Notes: generated by a model not told the origin, from the sequence alone. A stretch of 59,802 bases of DNA from Planctomycetota bacterium (GCA_036479435.1 JAZGFI010000018.1:1-59802); one strand, 5' to 3'; shown: positions 27,703 through 38,043, numbered from the stretch's first letter. Numbers and translations: made by a program.

Positions 27703-28827
27703 ATGCCTTTTTGCCCCAAATGCGAAGACGAGTACCAAGCGGGTTTCGACACCTGCGTCGACTGCCAAGTCACATTGGTCTCAAAGCTCGGCGTCAGTGC
27801 CGACCCAAAAAAGATCGAAGCCGCCGAGGAGGCCTACGCCGCCGGTGTTTTCGAAGGCCACGAAGAACCGGTCCACTTTTGCCCTTCCTGTTGGAACGAG
27901 TTCGCCGTCGTGGGGGCCCAGTGCGCGCCTTGCGGCGGTGCCGTCGTCACCACCGAGAATCGTCCCGAGTTTGAGGCCCAGGTAAAGTCGGCCCCGCTCA
28001 TTCGCTCGTTGGAAATTGACGACCTCGACACCAGCTCGGCCCAAGACCTCGCCCGCATCTACGTCGCAAAATCGCCCCTCGAAGCGGGCTTTGTCCTCGA
28101 CTCGCTTTTGGGCATGGGCCTCGACGCCCGCGTCGGCCACGACGGTTTGGACGCCCTTGCCAAAGTGGGCCGCGGCCCGCGCAGTGTGGCCATCGAAAAC
28201 CCCTATCACCTCGGTATCTACATCCCCGCCGACGAAGAAGAAGCCGCCGAGATGCTGCTGCCGGACTCGGACGAATTCGAGGACGACTTAGGCCCCGCCG
28301 CCCAATCCAATCCCTACTCGCGACTTTTGGTGCGCGCCGAAGACTATCGCGAATACCGAAAGTACCACGCCGCGGCCGAAATCCTCGCCGAAGCCATGGC
28401 CATCGACGATTCACGCCCCGAGGCCTTTTTGTCTCTAGGCCTCGTCGCCGGCCGGCGCGGCCACATCGACACCGCTTGCACAGCCCTGGAAGAATCCCTT
28501 TTGCGCAGCGGCGAGCTCAGCGCTGATCAGGACGGTGCGCGCAGCGCCACCGGCCATCGCCGCAATCCCCACTTCGACGAACTCTACTACCTCTCCGCGC
28601 TCTATCACTTCCTCGACGACTCGGGCCAGCTTTCCTACGGCGGCCCGCGCGGTGACTTGGCCTGGACCAGGCTCAGCGAATTCGTCGAACGCCGCCCTCG
28701 TCAAGTCGAAGCCCAACTCTTTCGACTCGAAGCCGCTGTCGAGCGCGGCCACCGCCGCATCGCCGACGAAATCCGCACCACCCTCAACCAACTCAACCCG
28801 CGCCTATCCCACTTGCGCACTATCTAG
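27703..28827 (+). CDS. Hypothetical protein with two CxxC..CxxC zinc ribbons and TPR-like C-terminus
   Basis: CPKC..CVDC, CPSC..CAPC; helical TPR-like repeats (RPEAFLSLG). Confidence 0.75.
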   Translation: MPFCPKCEDEYQAGFDTCVDCQVTLVSKLGVSADPKKIEAAEEAYAAGVFEGHEEPVHFCPSCWNEFAVVGAQCAPCGGAVVTTENRPEFEAQVKSAPLIRSLEIDDLDTSSAQDLARIYVAKSPLEAGFVLDSLLGMGLDARVGHDGLDALAKVGRGPRSVAIENPYHLGIYIPADEEEAAEMLLPDSDEFEDDLGPAAQSNPYSRLLVRAEDYREYRKYHAAAEILAEAMAIDDSRPEAFLSLGLVAGRRGHIDTACTALEESLLRSGELSADQDGARSATGHRRNPHFDELYYLSALYHFLDDSGQLSYGGPRGDLAWTRLSEFVERRPRQVEAQLFRLEAAVERGHRRIADEIRTTLNQLNPRLSHLRTI

Positions 28828-28860
28828 CCGCGCGTCACCGATCGGCGCTAAGATGGCGGG

Positions 28861-30510
28861 ATGCGCGCTTTCATTCCCTTTGTATGTTTATTGCTGGTTG
28901 TTGCGAGTTGCGGTTTTACGGGTGAGGCCGGGGACCGCAAGGGCGATTGCTTGGTCATGAATAACCTCGCCGAGCCCTCGCAGATTGATCCGGCGCTGAT
29001 TTCGGTGGTCGAAGATCAGCGCATTAACCTCGCTTTGTTTGAAGGGCTGACCAGCTACGACCCCCACACCTTAAAGCCGATTCCGGGCGTGGCGGAACGT
29101 TGGGAGATCTCGGACGACGGGCTGCGGATTCGCTTTTTTCTGCGCGAGTGCCATTGGAGTCAGGGCGACCAGCTGGTGGCGGAGGACTTTGTCTACGCCT
29201 GGCGCCGGGTGTTGACGGTGCCGGGGCGCGAGGAAAAAGGGAAGCAAAGCTACGCCGTCGTCGGTGCTTACTCCGATGCGATGTACTGTTTGAAGGGAGC
29301 TAAGGACTTCCACCAAGGTCGCGAGGATGACTTTGGGTCGGTGGGGGTGAGGGCCCTTGATGCGAAGACACTTGAGGTCGAGTTGGCTTCGCCGACGCCT
29401 TGGTTTCTGGAGCTTTTGTGTTTTCCGACTTTCATGCCGGTGCACCGGGCCACGGTTGAGCGCCATCGCGAGTATTGGACGAGACCTGAGAACTTTGTCG
29501 GCAATGGCGCCTTTGTCTTGGCGAAGCGAAGGATTGGGGATTCGTTGACCGTGGCGCGCAACGCGCACTACTGGGATGCGGATCAGGTAGGGCTCGACGG
29601 CATCGTTTACTACTCGACCGATCAGATCGACACCGCCTTGGATCAGTACTTGGCAGAAGAGACGGATTGGGTGCGGGGCTTTAATCCAAAAAAAGTCCGC
29701 GCTTGGCGCAAAGACCCTCAGCTCAGTCGGGCGCTGCAGGCTCCGGAGTATCTGGGTACCTACTTTTATCGTCTCAATGTTCGCGTCCCGCCTTTGGATG
29801 ACCTGCGCGTTCGTTTGGCCCTCAACTACGCGGTGGACCGGGCGGCGATCACCGAGCATTTGACCGGGCTCGGCGAAGAACCGGCGCGGGGCATCGTCCC
29901 GCCTTGCGCGGCCGCCTTTGTGCCCTGGCAAGACATTGGCGATGAGGGCATTAGTTTTGACCCGGAGCGCGCACGCGCCCTGTTGGCCGATGCGGGATTT
30001 GCGGCGGGCAAAAACTTCCCATCGCTGACTCTGGCCTACAACACCGACGTCAAGAACAAGGCGATCGCCGAAGCCGTGCAGCAGATGTGGCGCGAGCACC
30101 TCGGCATTCGAGTCGAACTTCACAATCGCGAAAAGCGCGTCCACATGGCTTTGGAACGCGCCGGTGACTATCAAGTCTCACGGGGGTCTTGGGTGGGGGA
30201 CTACACCGACCCGACGACTTTTTTGGAGTTCTTGATGTCGGACGCCACGAACAATCGCACGGGTTGGGTGGATGCGGAGTATGACCGACTCGTCGCCGAC
30301 TCGCGCCGTTTGGGGCCAGCTAAGCAAGCGCAACGTTTAGAGCTTCTCCAAAAAGCCGAGCGCAGGCTCATCCGCGGCGGCGCTCCCATCATTCCGCTGT
30401 TTTACTTCCGCACCCCCTACTTGTTGCGGCCCGAGCGTTTTGAAGGGATTCACCCCAACAGTCGCGATCTGCACCCGCCGAAGTACATCCGCAAGAAGAG
30501 GCGGAGTTGA
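28861..30510 (+). CDS. oppA: Peptide ABC transporter substrate-binding lipoprotein (OppA family)
   Basis: Lipobox VASC; LFEGL, PGVAERWEIS, VGNGAF, WVGDY.DP. Confidence 0.9.
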   Translation: MRAFIPFVCLLLVVASCGFTGEAGDRKGDCLVMNNLAEPSQIDPALISVVEDQRINLALFEGLTSYDPHTLKPIPGVAERWEISDDGLRIRFFLRECHWSQGDQLVAEDFVYAWRRVLTVPGREEKGKQSYAVVGAYSDAMYCLKGAKDFHQGREDDFGSVGVRALDAKTLEVELASPTPWFLELLCFPTFMPVHRATVERHREYWTRPENFVGNGAFVLAKRRIGDSLTVARNAHYWDADQVGLDGIVYYSTDQIDTALDQYLAEETDWVRGFNPKKVRAWRKDPQLSRALQAPEYLGTYFYRLNVRVPPLDDLRVRLALNYAVDRAAITEHLTGLGEEPARGIVPPCAAAFVPWQDIGDEGISFDPERARALLADAGFAAGKNFPSLTLAYNTDVKNKAIAEAVQQMWREHLGIRVELHNREKRVHMALERAGDYQVSRGSWVGDYTDPTTFLEFLMSDATNNRTGWVDAEYDRLVADSRRLGPAKQAQRLELLQKAERRLIRGGAPIIPLFYFRTPYLLRPERFEGIHPNSRDLHPPKYIRKKRRS

Positions 30511-31445
30511 TGGCGGGCTTTTTGACACGGCGTTTGATTCACAGCGTTCTGACCTTGTTCGTGGTGATCACCATCAGCTTTTTCATGCAGCGCTTAGCCC
30601 CCGGTGGCCCCTTCGACCGCGAGCGCGACGTGCCGGAGGCCGTGCGCGTTGCGGAGGCCAAAGCCTGGCGACTCGACGAACCCTTGTTCGTGCAGTACAG
30701 CGACTACTTGGGCGGGCTCATCTCCTTTACACCGGACCTAAAGCGCAGCATGACCCGGCCCGACTACCGCGTGGTCGAACTCATGATCCCGCGGCTGAAA
30801 GTCTCTTTGTCGCTGGGTTTCGCGGTCTTGATCTTTAGCTTGTTGGTGGGCATTCCCCTGGGTGCCGCCGCGGCCTTAGCCGCCCACAATCGCGCGGGTG
30901 GCTACGACCATTTGGCCATGGGCGTAGCCGTGGTGGGGATTTCGGTGCCGAGTTTTGTTCTGGGGCCCTTATTGAAGTGGGTGTTTGCGCTTGAGCTGGG
31001 GTGGTTCCCGGAATCGCGCTGGACGGGGCTTTCGAGCATGGTCTTGCCGGTCTTGGCCTTGTCGGCCTTATATATCGCGACGATCGCGCGCCTAACGCGC
31101 AGCGGCATGATGGAAGTACTGTCGGAGGATTGGATTCGCAGCGCGCGGGCGAAAGGGCTGTCGGAAGTCCAAGTCGTTTTCAAGCATGCCCTGCGCGGCG
31201 CGCTGGTGCCCTTGGTTTCTTACCTCGGCCCGGCGATGGCGAGCCTCGCGGTGGGCTCGGTGGTGATCGAGCGCGTTTTCAATATCCCCGGCCTTGGCAA
31301 CGAGTTCGTCGACGCCGCGTTTAACCGCGACTACACCATGGTGATGGGGACGGTGCTGGTCTACAGCAGCTTGTTGATCGTCATGAACATCTTGTCGGAC
31401 TTGGGCCTGGCCTGGGTCGACCCACGACTGAGGTTGCGACGATGA
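30510..31445 (+). CDS. oppB: Peptide ABC transporter permease
   Basis: APGGPF, EAA loop ARAKGL, VIERVFNIPGLG, RDY. Confidence 0.9.
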   Translation: MAGFLTRRLIHSVLTLFVVITISFFMQRLAPGGPFDRERDVPEAVRVAEAKAWRLDEPLFVQYSDYLGGLISFTPDLKRSMTRPDYRVVELMIPRLKVSLSLGFAVLIFSLLVGIPLGAAAALAAHNRAGGYDHLAMGVAVVGISVPSFVLGPLLKWVFALELGWFPESRWTGLSSMVLPVLALSALYIATIARLTRSGMMEVLSEDWIRSARAKGLSEVQVVFKHALRGALVPLVSYLGPAMASLAVGSVVIERVFNIPGLGNEFVDAAFNRDYTMVMGTVLVYSSLLIVMNILSDLGLAWVDPRLRLRR

Positions 31446-32323
31446 GCGCCGCCGAGGCCGAGACTGGATCAAGAGGAGTGTCGCTAAGGTCCGCCGCGTG
31501 GCGGAGGTTTCGACGCAATCGGGCGGCACTCAGTTCGCTGTTCTTGCTGTTGTTCTTTGTCTTCGTGGCGATAATTTCTCCCTGGCTGGCCCCCCATGAG
31601 TACCACCACCAAAACTTGGCGCTCGGGGCATCATCGCCCTCGGTCGCACACTGGTTCGGCACAGATTACGAAGGCCGCGATCTTCTAAGTCGGACTTTGG
31701 TGGGCGCCCGTATTTCCTTTTTAGTGGGGTTCGCGGCGACTCTGGTGGCCTTGGGTATCGGCGTGACTTGGGGGGCGATCGCCGGCTGGTACGGCGGGCG
31801 CGTTGATTCTTTGATGATGCGCGTGGTCGATGTGCTTTACGGGCTGCCCTACATGTTTTTCGTCATCATTTTGATGGTGTGGTTTGGCCGCAGCTTCTTG
31901 AACATCTTCATCGGCCTCGGCGCGGTGTCTTGGCTGACGATGGCCCGCATCGTGCGCGGCGTGGTGATGTCGCTGAAGGAAAAAGAATACGTGCTGGCCG
32001 CGCGCGCCACGGGGGTGCCGTCAAGGCGAATCTTGTTGCGACACGTCCTCCCCAACGCGCTCGGGCCGATTTTGGTCTACGCGACCTTGACGGTGCCGCG
32101 CGTCATGATGGAAGAAGCCTTTCTTTCTTTTTTGGGCTTGGGGGTCCAGCCGCCTTTGGCCTCTTGGGGTTCTCTCATCGCCGAGGGCGCTTCGCTGTTT
32201 CGTGAGTACCCCTGGTTGCTGGCATTTCCGGCCGCCGTCTTGTCACTGACCCTGCTCGCGCTGAATTTTCTCGGCGATGGCTTGCGCGATGCCCTCGATC
32301 CGAAGACCGAGGCCAACTCGTGA
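31442..32323 (+). CDS. oppC: Peptide ABC transporter permease
   Basis: HWFGTD..GRD, EYVLAARATG, EAFLSFLGLG, GDGLRDALDP. Confidence 0.9.
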   Translation: MSAAEAETGSRGVSLRSAAWRRFRRNRAALSSLFLLLFFVFVAIISPWLAPHEYHHQNLALGASSPSVAHWFGTDYEGRDLLSRTLVGARISFLVGFAATLVALGIGVTWGAIAGWYGGRVDSLMMRVVDVLYGLPYMFFVIILMVWFGRSFLNIFIGLGAVSWLTMARIVRGVVMSLKEKEYVLAARATGVPSRRILLRHVLPNALGPILVYATLTVPRVMMEEAFLSFLGLGVQPPLASWGSLIAEGASLFREYPWLLAFPAAVLSLTLLALNFLGDGLRDALDPKTEANS

Positions 32324-33327
32324 GCGCGGCGGATTCCCGGCTGCTGCGCTTCGACGATCTGGCGCTTGAGTTTCCGGGTGGGGATGGTCCAGGTCGGGAT
32401 GGAGCACCTGCGGCGAAGGTGCTGAACGGCGTGGATCTTTCGCTTGAACGCGGCGAGATCCTCGGCTTGGTCGGCGAGTCCGGTTCGGGGAAAACCGTCG
32501 CCGGTTTGGCTACCCTCGGTCTGTTGGATCGCCGCGCCCGCTTCACTCGTGGCCGCTTGGAGTTTCGCGGCGAGAACATTATCGGCCAAAGTCCAGCACA
32601 ACACCGCCGGCGACGAGGCCTCGACATCGCGATGGTCTTCCAAGATCCGATGACGAGCTTGAACCCTTTTTTGCGCATTGGCACCCAGATCATCGAGGTG
32701 CTTCGCCGCCGCGGGATGTCGCGTCCCGATGCCAAACTTGCAGGCGCCCAATGGCTGGGGAAGATGGGTTTGCCCAAGCCAGAAGCTCAAATGAAGTCCT
32801 ATCCCCACGAGATGTCGGGCGGCATGCGGCAACGGGTGCTCATTGCGATCGCTTTGGCGCTCGAACCCGAACTGCTCATCGCCGACGAGCCGACCACCGC
32901 GCTCGATGTCACGACCCAGGCCGAGATCCTAGCACTCTTTTTGCGCCTGCGTGAAACCATGGGCACCGCGATCATCTTCATCACTCATGACCTCGGCGCC
33001 GTGGCGGGTCTCGCCGATCGCATGGCGGTGATGTACGGCGGCCGCATCGTCGAAGAAGCCCCGGTCGAGACCTTCTTTGCCGCCCCCGCTCATCCTTATT
33101 CGCAGGGTTTGATGGCGTCACGACCGCCGCTCGAAGGGCCGCGGCCCCATCGCCTCAAGCTGGTCGGGGGCACCCCACCCGATCCGCGCCACCTTCCCGC
33201 GGGCTGCGCCTTTGCCGCTCGCTGTATTCAGGCCACATCCGATCTGTCTTGCGAGGAACTCGTGCCGCCGGACCGACAGTTCGGCGCGCAACACCGCGTC
33301 GCCTGTTTTTGGGAAGGGCCGAGGTGA
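32320..33327 (+). CDS. oppD: Peptide ABC transporter ATPase (OppD type, C-terminal Cys cluster)
   Basis: GESGSGKT, MSGGMRQR, ADEPTTALD, GCAFAARC...C...VAC. Confidence 0.9.
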   Translation: MSAADSRLLRFDDLALEFPGGDGPGRDGAPAAKVLNGVDLSLERGEILGLVGESGSGKTVAGLATLGLLDRRARFTRGRLEFRGENIIGQSPAQHRRRRGLDIAMVFQDPMTSLNPFLRIGTQIIEVLRRRGMSRPDAKLAGAQWLGKMGLPKPEAQMKSYPHEMSGGMRQRVLIAIALALEPELLIADEPTTALDVTTQAEILALFLRLRETMGTAIIFITHDLGAVAGLADRMAVMYGGRIVEEAPVETFFAAPAHPYSQGLMASRPPLEGPRPHRLKLVGGTPPDPRHLPAGCAFAARCIQATSDLSCEELVPPDRQFGAQHRVACFWEGPR

Positions 33328-34184
33328 TGGATGCAGCTCAAGGGGATCTATCCTCACGCAAAACTCTGCTGTCGGTCGAATCGCTGGCACTGACCTTTCA
33401 TGGTCGCAGTGGCGATGTGCGCGCGCTTGACGACGTGAGTCTTGAGATCGCGCCCGGAGAATCCTTGGGTTTGGTGGGCGAGAGCGGGTCTGGAAAATCG
33501 ACCTTGCTGCGCGTCATTCTGGGCCTTTACGCGCCGGATCGCGGCGTCGTCAAGATGCGGGGTGAGGTCATTTCTGGATTGTCGCCGCGGCAACGTCGGC
33601 CTTGGTCGCGCCATCTTCAGGTTGTGTTTCAAGATCCCTACGCTTCGCTCAATCCCCGCATGCGCGTGGTGGATATTGTCGGCGAACCGCTGCGAGAGTT
33701 TGATCCTTCGCTGGCGCGTGCGGCGCGCCGGAATCGCACGGGGGAGTTGTTGGCCGAGGTCGGCCTGACGGCGGATGCGCTCGATCGCTACCCGCATGAG
33801 TTTTCGGGGGGGCAAAGGCAACGCATTGGCATCGCGCGCGCTTTGGCCTTGGAACCGGATCTACTTCTGCTCGACGAGGCGGTTTCGGCCTTGGATGTTT
33901 CGGTGCAAGCGCAGATCTTGAATTTGCTCGCCGACCTCAAGGCTGAAAAAGGCCTTAGCTATTTGTTCGTCAGCCACGATCTCGCCGTCGTGCGGGCCAT
34001 CGCCGACCGCATTGCCGTCATGCACCGCGGCCAGTTGGTTGAGATTGGGCTGCGCGACGAAATCCTCAGGACGCCACAGCATCCCTACACGCAGCGTTTG
34101 CGCGAGGCGATTCCGGTACACGATCCGAAGCTTCAGCGCGCAAGATTGCGCCGGCTGTTAGAATCCGACCCGCATGCTTTGTGA
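33324..34184 (+). CDS. oppF: Peptide ABC transporter ATPase (OppF type)
   Basis: GESGSGKS, YPHEFSGGQRQRIGIARAL, LDEAVSALD. Confidence 0.88.
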   Translation: MMDAAQGDLSSRKTLLSVESLALTFHGRSGDVRALDDVSLEIAPGESLGLVGESGSGKSTLLRVILGLYAPDRGVVKMRGEVISGLSPRQRRPWSRHLQVVFQDPYASLNPRMRVVDIVGEPLREFDPSLARAARRNRTGELLAEVGLTADALDRYPHEFSGGQRQRIGIARALALEPDLLLLDEAVSALDVSVQAQILNLLADLKAEKGLSYLFVSHDLAVVRAIADRIAVMHRGQLVEIGLRDEILRTPQHPYTQRLREAIPVHDPKLQRARLRRLLESDPHAL

Positions 34185-35187
34185 ACTCGACCAACTGACG
34201 ATCGCCCTTCATCGACCTTTTGGTGAAGCCGTCGATGCGGTGATGGACTTCAGCATGGACATTGCGGCGGGGCGCACAACGGCCTTGGTGGGAGAGTCGG
34301 GTGCGGGTAAGACGCTCATCGTACGAGCGCTCTTGGGCTTGTTGCCGCCGCGCGTCGCCTTTGTGCGCTCTGGTGCGGTGCGTTGGCAGGGCCGTGAGAT
34401 TTGGAGAACGCCCCAGGATGCTGACTTGCGTGGCCGCCACATCGCGGCGGTGTTCCAGGATCCGGGCGCGGCGCTCAATCCTGTCTTTCGGATCGGCGAG
34501 CAGATCATTGCGGCCATCCGCGCGCATCGATCCCTTTCGCGTTCCGCGGCGCGAAGGGAGGCGGGGGAGTGGTTGGAACGCGTGGGCATCGAAGACGCCG
34601 CGCGCCGCCTCGACGCCTATCCTCACGAACTGTCAGGGGGCGAAAAACAGCGTGCTGCGATTGCCGCAGCCTTGGTTCACAACCCCGAGTTGTTGGTGGC
34701 GGACGAACCGACCAGCGCTTTGGATGTGCAAGTCCAAGGCGAGATCTTGGCGCTCTTGCGCGAGCGACAGGCCGAGCAGGGCACGGCGATTCTGCTCGTG
34801 AGTCATGATCTGAAACTCGTCGACTTTATGGCGGACGAGGTGGTGGTCGCCTTTGCCGGCCGCGTCGTCGAGAGTTATGCGCGCGGCGCCGAAGTGCGGC
34901 ACCCTTACACCAAGGCTTTGCGCGTGGCGGGTTTAGGACCGCGGGTTTCGGTGGAGAAACTCGCCGAGCTGCCCCCGGCCAGAGTCGTGCCGGGCCCAGG
35001 CCTGCGCCCGTCGGGCTGTAACTTCGAGCCTTTTTGCGGCTACGCCGTGGACGCCTGCCACATCGACCCGGCCCCCAAAGCCCTCGCGCTCACTTCGGCG
35101 ACGAACGATAAATTCGCCGCGCGTCTCGCCTGTCCGCCGATCGCTGCGGATCTTCCCGCCTCTTCGTCAAAAGGAGCCGGGGCGTGA
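34174..35187 (+). CDS. Second OppD-type ABC ATPase
   Basis: GESGAGKT, LSGGEKQR, ADEPTSALD, GCNFEPFC...C...LAC. Confidence 0.85.
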   Translation: MLCELDQLTIALHRPFGEAVDAVMDFSMDIAAGRTTALVGESGAGKTLIVRALLGLLPPRVAFVRSGAVRWQGREIWRTPQDADLRGRHIAAVFQDPGAALNPVFRIGEQIIAAIRAHRSLSRSAARREAGEWLERVGIEDAARRLDAYPHELSGGEKQRAAIAAALVHNPELLVADEPTSALDVQVQGEILALLRERQAEQGTAILLVSHDLKLVDFMADEVVVAFAGRVVESYARGAEVRHPYTKALRVAGLGPRVSVEKLAELPPARVVPGPGLRPSGCNFEPFCGYAVDACHIDPAPKALALTSATNDKFAARLACPPIAADLPASSSKGAGA

Positions 35188-36011
35188 GCGAAGAAGATCT
35201 GCTAGGGGCAGAAGACCTGAGCGTCCACTATCCGGCTGCCCCTTCACGGGCCGTTGAGGGCGTCAACATTGCTTTGCACGCGGGGGAAACGCTCGCGCTC
35301 GTCGGCGCCTCTGGATCAGGGAAGAGTAGCTTGGCCCGGGCCTTGCTTCTGCTCGAGCCCGCCGCCCGCGGGCGAGTTTGGCAAGGAGCCCATCTTCTTT
35401 TCGACTCCGCGACGAAAAAGACGCTTTCGCGGCGCGAGGAACGGGGCTTTCGCCGTCGGTTTCAGTTTGTCTTTCAAGAACCCCTAGCCAGCCTAAGTCC
35501 CCGCATGAGGGTCGGTGAACTCGTCGTCGAAGGGCTGGTAATCCACGGCTTGGCTCGAGGGGCGCAGCTTAGAAGCCGCCTTGGCGAGCTTTTGGGGCTC
35601 GTGGGTTTGGATGCCGACATTGGTCAGCGTTATCCCCACGAGTTCTCCGGGGGGCAGCGGCAGCGCATCGCCTTGGCCCGGGCCTTGGCCGTCGAGCCCG
35701 AACTGATGGTTCTCGACGAACCAACGAGCTCTTTGGATGCGGTGGCCGCCGCGGAAATTGTGCAGTTATTGGCTCATCTCAACCAAAAGTTGGGACTCGC
35801 GTATTTGCTGGTGAGTCACGATCCCGAGCTCGTGGAGCGCTTTTCGGATCGGGTTGCTGTGATGCAATCGGGGAAAATCGTCGAGGTTGCCGCGACCGCG
35901 GATCTTTACGATGCGCCCGAACATCCGTATACGAAGTCCTGGCTCAATGCTGCGGCCGCCCGTGATGCGGCCCCGCGCGCTAGTTCACCGAAAGGAAGCC
36001 CCCATGGCTGA
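35184..36011 (+). CDS. Second OppF-type ABC ATPase
   Basis: GASGSGKS, FSGGQRQR, LDEPTSSLD. Confidence 0.85.
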   Translation: MSEEDLLGAEDLSVHYPAAPSRAVEGVNIALHAGETLALVGASGSGKSSLARALLLLEPAARGRVWQGAHLLFDSATKKTLSRREERGFRRRFQFVFQEPLASLSPRMRVGELVVEGLVIHGLARGAQLRSRLGELLGLVGLDADIGQRYPHEFSGGQRQRIALARALAVEPELMVLDEPTSSLDAVAAAEIVQLLAHLNQKLGLAYLLVSHDPELVERFSDRVAVMQSGKIVEVAATADLYDAPEHPYTKSWLNAAAARDAAPRASSPKGSPHG

Positions 36012-38034
36012 GTTCGTACGCAAATTTCTGAGGCCTGCATTCCGGTCCCTCTCCGCCTTGTTGCTGGGGACGCTGTTGTGCACGTCCTGCGGCGGCGGGG
36101 GCAGCGATGACGGACGCTTTGCCTTCAATATCACGCTGGTGGGGCTGCCCGATTCCACGGGCACGCGGACGCACTACGAGGGCTGGGCCGTGATCAACGG
36201 AGAGGCCATCACGACGGGCAAGTTTCGCGTCCTAGGAACCGGACCGACCGCGCAAATTCGTACTTTTCCGCTCAATGTTTTAGTGGGGACGGCCGCGGAT
36301 TCACGGTTTGGCCCCTCCGTCACGCTTTTGGGAGAGGACTTTCCTCTCATCGAGAGCGCCGAGGCCTTTTTCATCACCTTGGAACCCGAAGGCGATCTAA
36401 ACCGTGTGCCGTCTTGCCAGGTGATGCTCGCCGGGTTGCTGCTTGGCGATAGCAGCACCCTGAGTGCCGAAGGCGTCGAAGTCGCGGACACTGTGACCTG
36501 TGCGGTCCCCACCCAGGGCGGCATGGCGCAGCTCGGGTTTGGCGACTTCACGAGCGCTTCCGGTACTTTTCAACTTCGTTCGCCGACCGATGACCCCAGC
36601 AACCCCGCCGATAACGATTTCGCAGGGGCTTGGTTCGTCAAGGCCGCCGCTATGGGCGGCGGCATCGAAGCGGGTCTGGAGTTACCGGTCCTCGCCGCTG
36701 GTCTGCGCTACGAAGGCTGGGCCGTTGTCGACGGTGAGACCCGCAGCCTCGGACGGTTTTCGCAGGCTGCGGGGCCGGACGAAGACGCGATGCTCGCGCC
36801 GCAACGAGGTAACGACCCGGGGCTGATGTTTCCCGGCGGCGATTTCGTCCAGGCGCTGAGCCCGGAATTCATGTTTGAGCCACTCATGCTTCAACTGAGT
36901 GCCGACAACTTCGATGTGAACGGCGATTTTCGTTGCTTCATCGGCATCGAACCCTCGCCCGATACCGACGCTTCGCCTTTTGGCATCGAAGTCCTCGAAG
37001 CGCGCATCGCCCCCAATTTGGTCGCTGCCGACGGGCAAAGCTCACAGCTCACCACCTTGACTCGCGTTCTACCCGCGGTGCCGGTGGTCCGGGCAACGAT
37101 CGCGGTTTCGGGTTCGAATCTTGAGCTAAGTGACGTGGCGTTGCCGGCTTTGGTCTTTGACGCGGTGTTTACCGAGAGTCGGGGCCACTATGCCCTGTGG
37201 GCCAACAATGCGGGTTCACCGGTCTTGCTCCGGCGCTTTGTCGTGGTCAGCGGGCAGTTGATTTCGGTGGATGATTTCGCTTTGCTCGGAACGATCGGGT
37301 CGGCGACGATTTCGAGCGTACACCCGGATGCGACGCCCTTTGATCTCAGCACCGCAGAGTCCGCCTTCATTACGCTGGAGACCGAAGGCGATCGCGATTT
37401 GATTCCCGCCGACCGCACCCTTGTCGGCGGGGCTTTGGGAACCGGCATGGTCGTGATGGTGGTCGAAGGCGCCGGCACGGGCAACAGCCCCTTGTTGGTC
37501 AACACCTCGACCATGACCGGGGAGTTTCAACTTGAAACGCCTAGCAATGACGCGGCTGGCGTGCCCGACGACGACGGCCAAGGATTGCTCTTCGGCACCA
37601 ACGGCGGCATCACTTTGCTCAACTTGCCGACCCTGCCTTCGGGTTGGCGCTACGAGGGTTTTGTGGAGGAACTCATGACGGGTCGTGTCTTTTCGACCGG
37701 TGCCTTTGCCAATCCCTTGGCGGCCGATGACAACGACGGCATCTCCTTGTCGCGCGGCCCGGAGCTGAAACCCGGCGTGCCCGGTGAGGACTTTTTGAAT
37801 GATGTGCCGGCGCCGATGTTTCCGGCCGCGATCTCGGGCTCGATCACGCGCGTGTTTGTCACCATCGAGCCGGTACCCGCCAGTTCGAGATTGCCGTCTT
37901 CTTTTGTCGTCTTCGACGCGATCGTGCCCGCGAGTGCGGAAGTAGGTGGGATCGGCAAGGTCGATGTGCCCATGATGTCGATGACGCCCGGGGCGGGAAT
38001 GAGTGGTTCGTTGACGATCAGGGTCGTCAACTAA
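36004..38034 (+). CDS. Lipoprotein with four internal 'YEGW' beta repeats (anti-sigma-K/RskA C-terminal-like)
   Basis: Lipobox CTSC-GGGG; repeats YEGWAV..TTGKF / YEGWAV..SLGRF / YALWA..RRF / YEGFV..STGAF, each followed by an F(I/V)(T/G)(L/I)E motif. Confidence 0.75.
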   Translation: MAEFVRKFLRPAFRSLSALLLGTLLCTSCGGGGSDDGRFAFNITLVGLPDSTGTRTHYEGWAVINGEAITTGKFRVLGTGPTAQIRTFPLNVLVGTAADSRFGPSVTLLGEDFPLIESAEAFFITLEPEGDLNRVPSCQVMLAGLLLGDSSTLSAEGVEVADTVTCAVPTQGGMAQLGFGDFTSASGTFQLRSPTDDPSNPADNDFAGAWFVKAAAMGGGIEAGLELPVLAAGLRYEGWAVVDGETRSLGRFSQAAGPDEDAMLAPQRGNDPGLMFPGGDFVQALSPEFMFEPLMLQLSADNFDVNGDFRCFIGIEPSPDTDASPFGIEVLEARIAPNLVAADGQSSQLTTLTRVLPAVPVVRATIAVSGSNLELSDVALPALVFDAVFTESRGHYALWANNAGSPVLLRRFVVVSGQLISVDDFALLGTIGSATISSVHPDATPFDLSTAESAFITLETEGDRDLIPADRTLVGGALGTGMVVMVVEGAGTGNSPLLVNTSTMTGEFQLETPSNDAAGVPDDDGQGLLFGTNGGITLLNLPTLPSGWRYEGFVEELMTGRVFSTGAFANPLAADDNDGISLSRGPELKPGVPGEDFLNDVPAPMFPAAISGSITRVFVTIEPVPASSRLPSSFVVFDAIVPASAEVGGIGKVDVPMMSMTPGAGMSGSLTIRVVN

Positions 38035-38043
38035 GCTCTCGTC

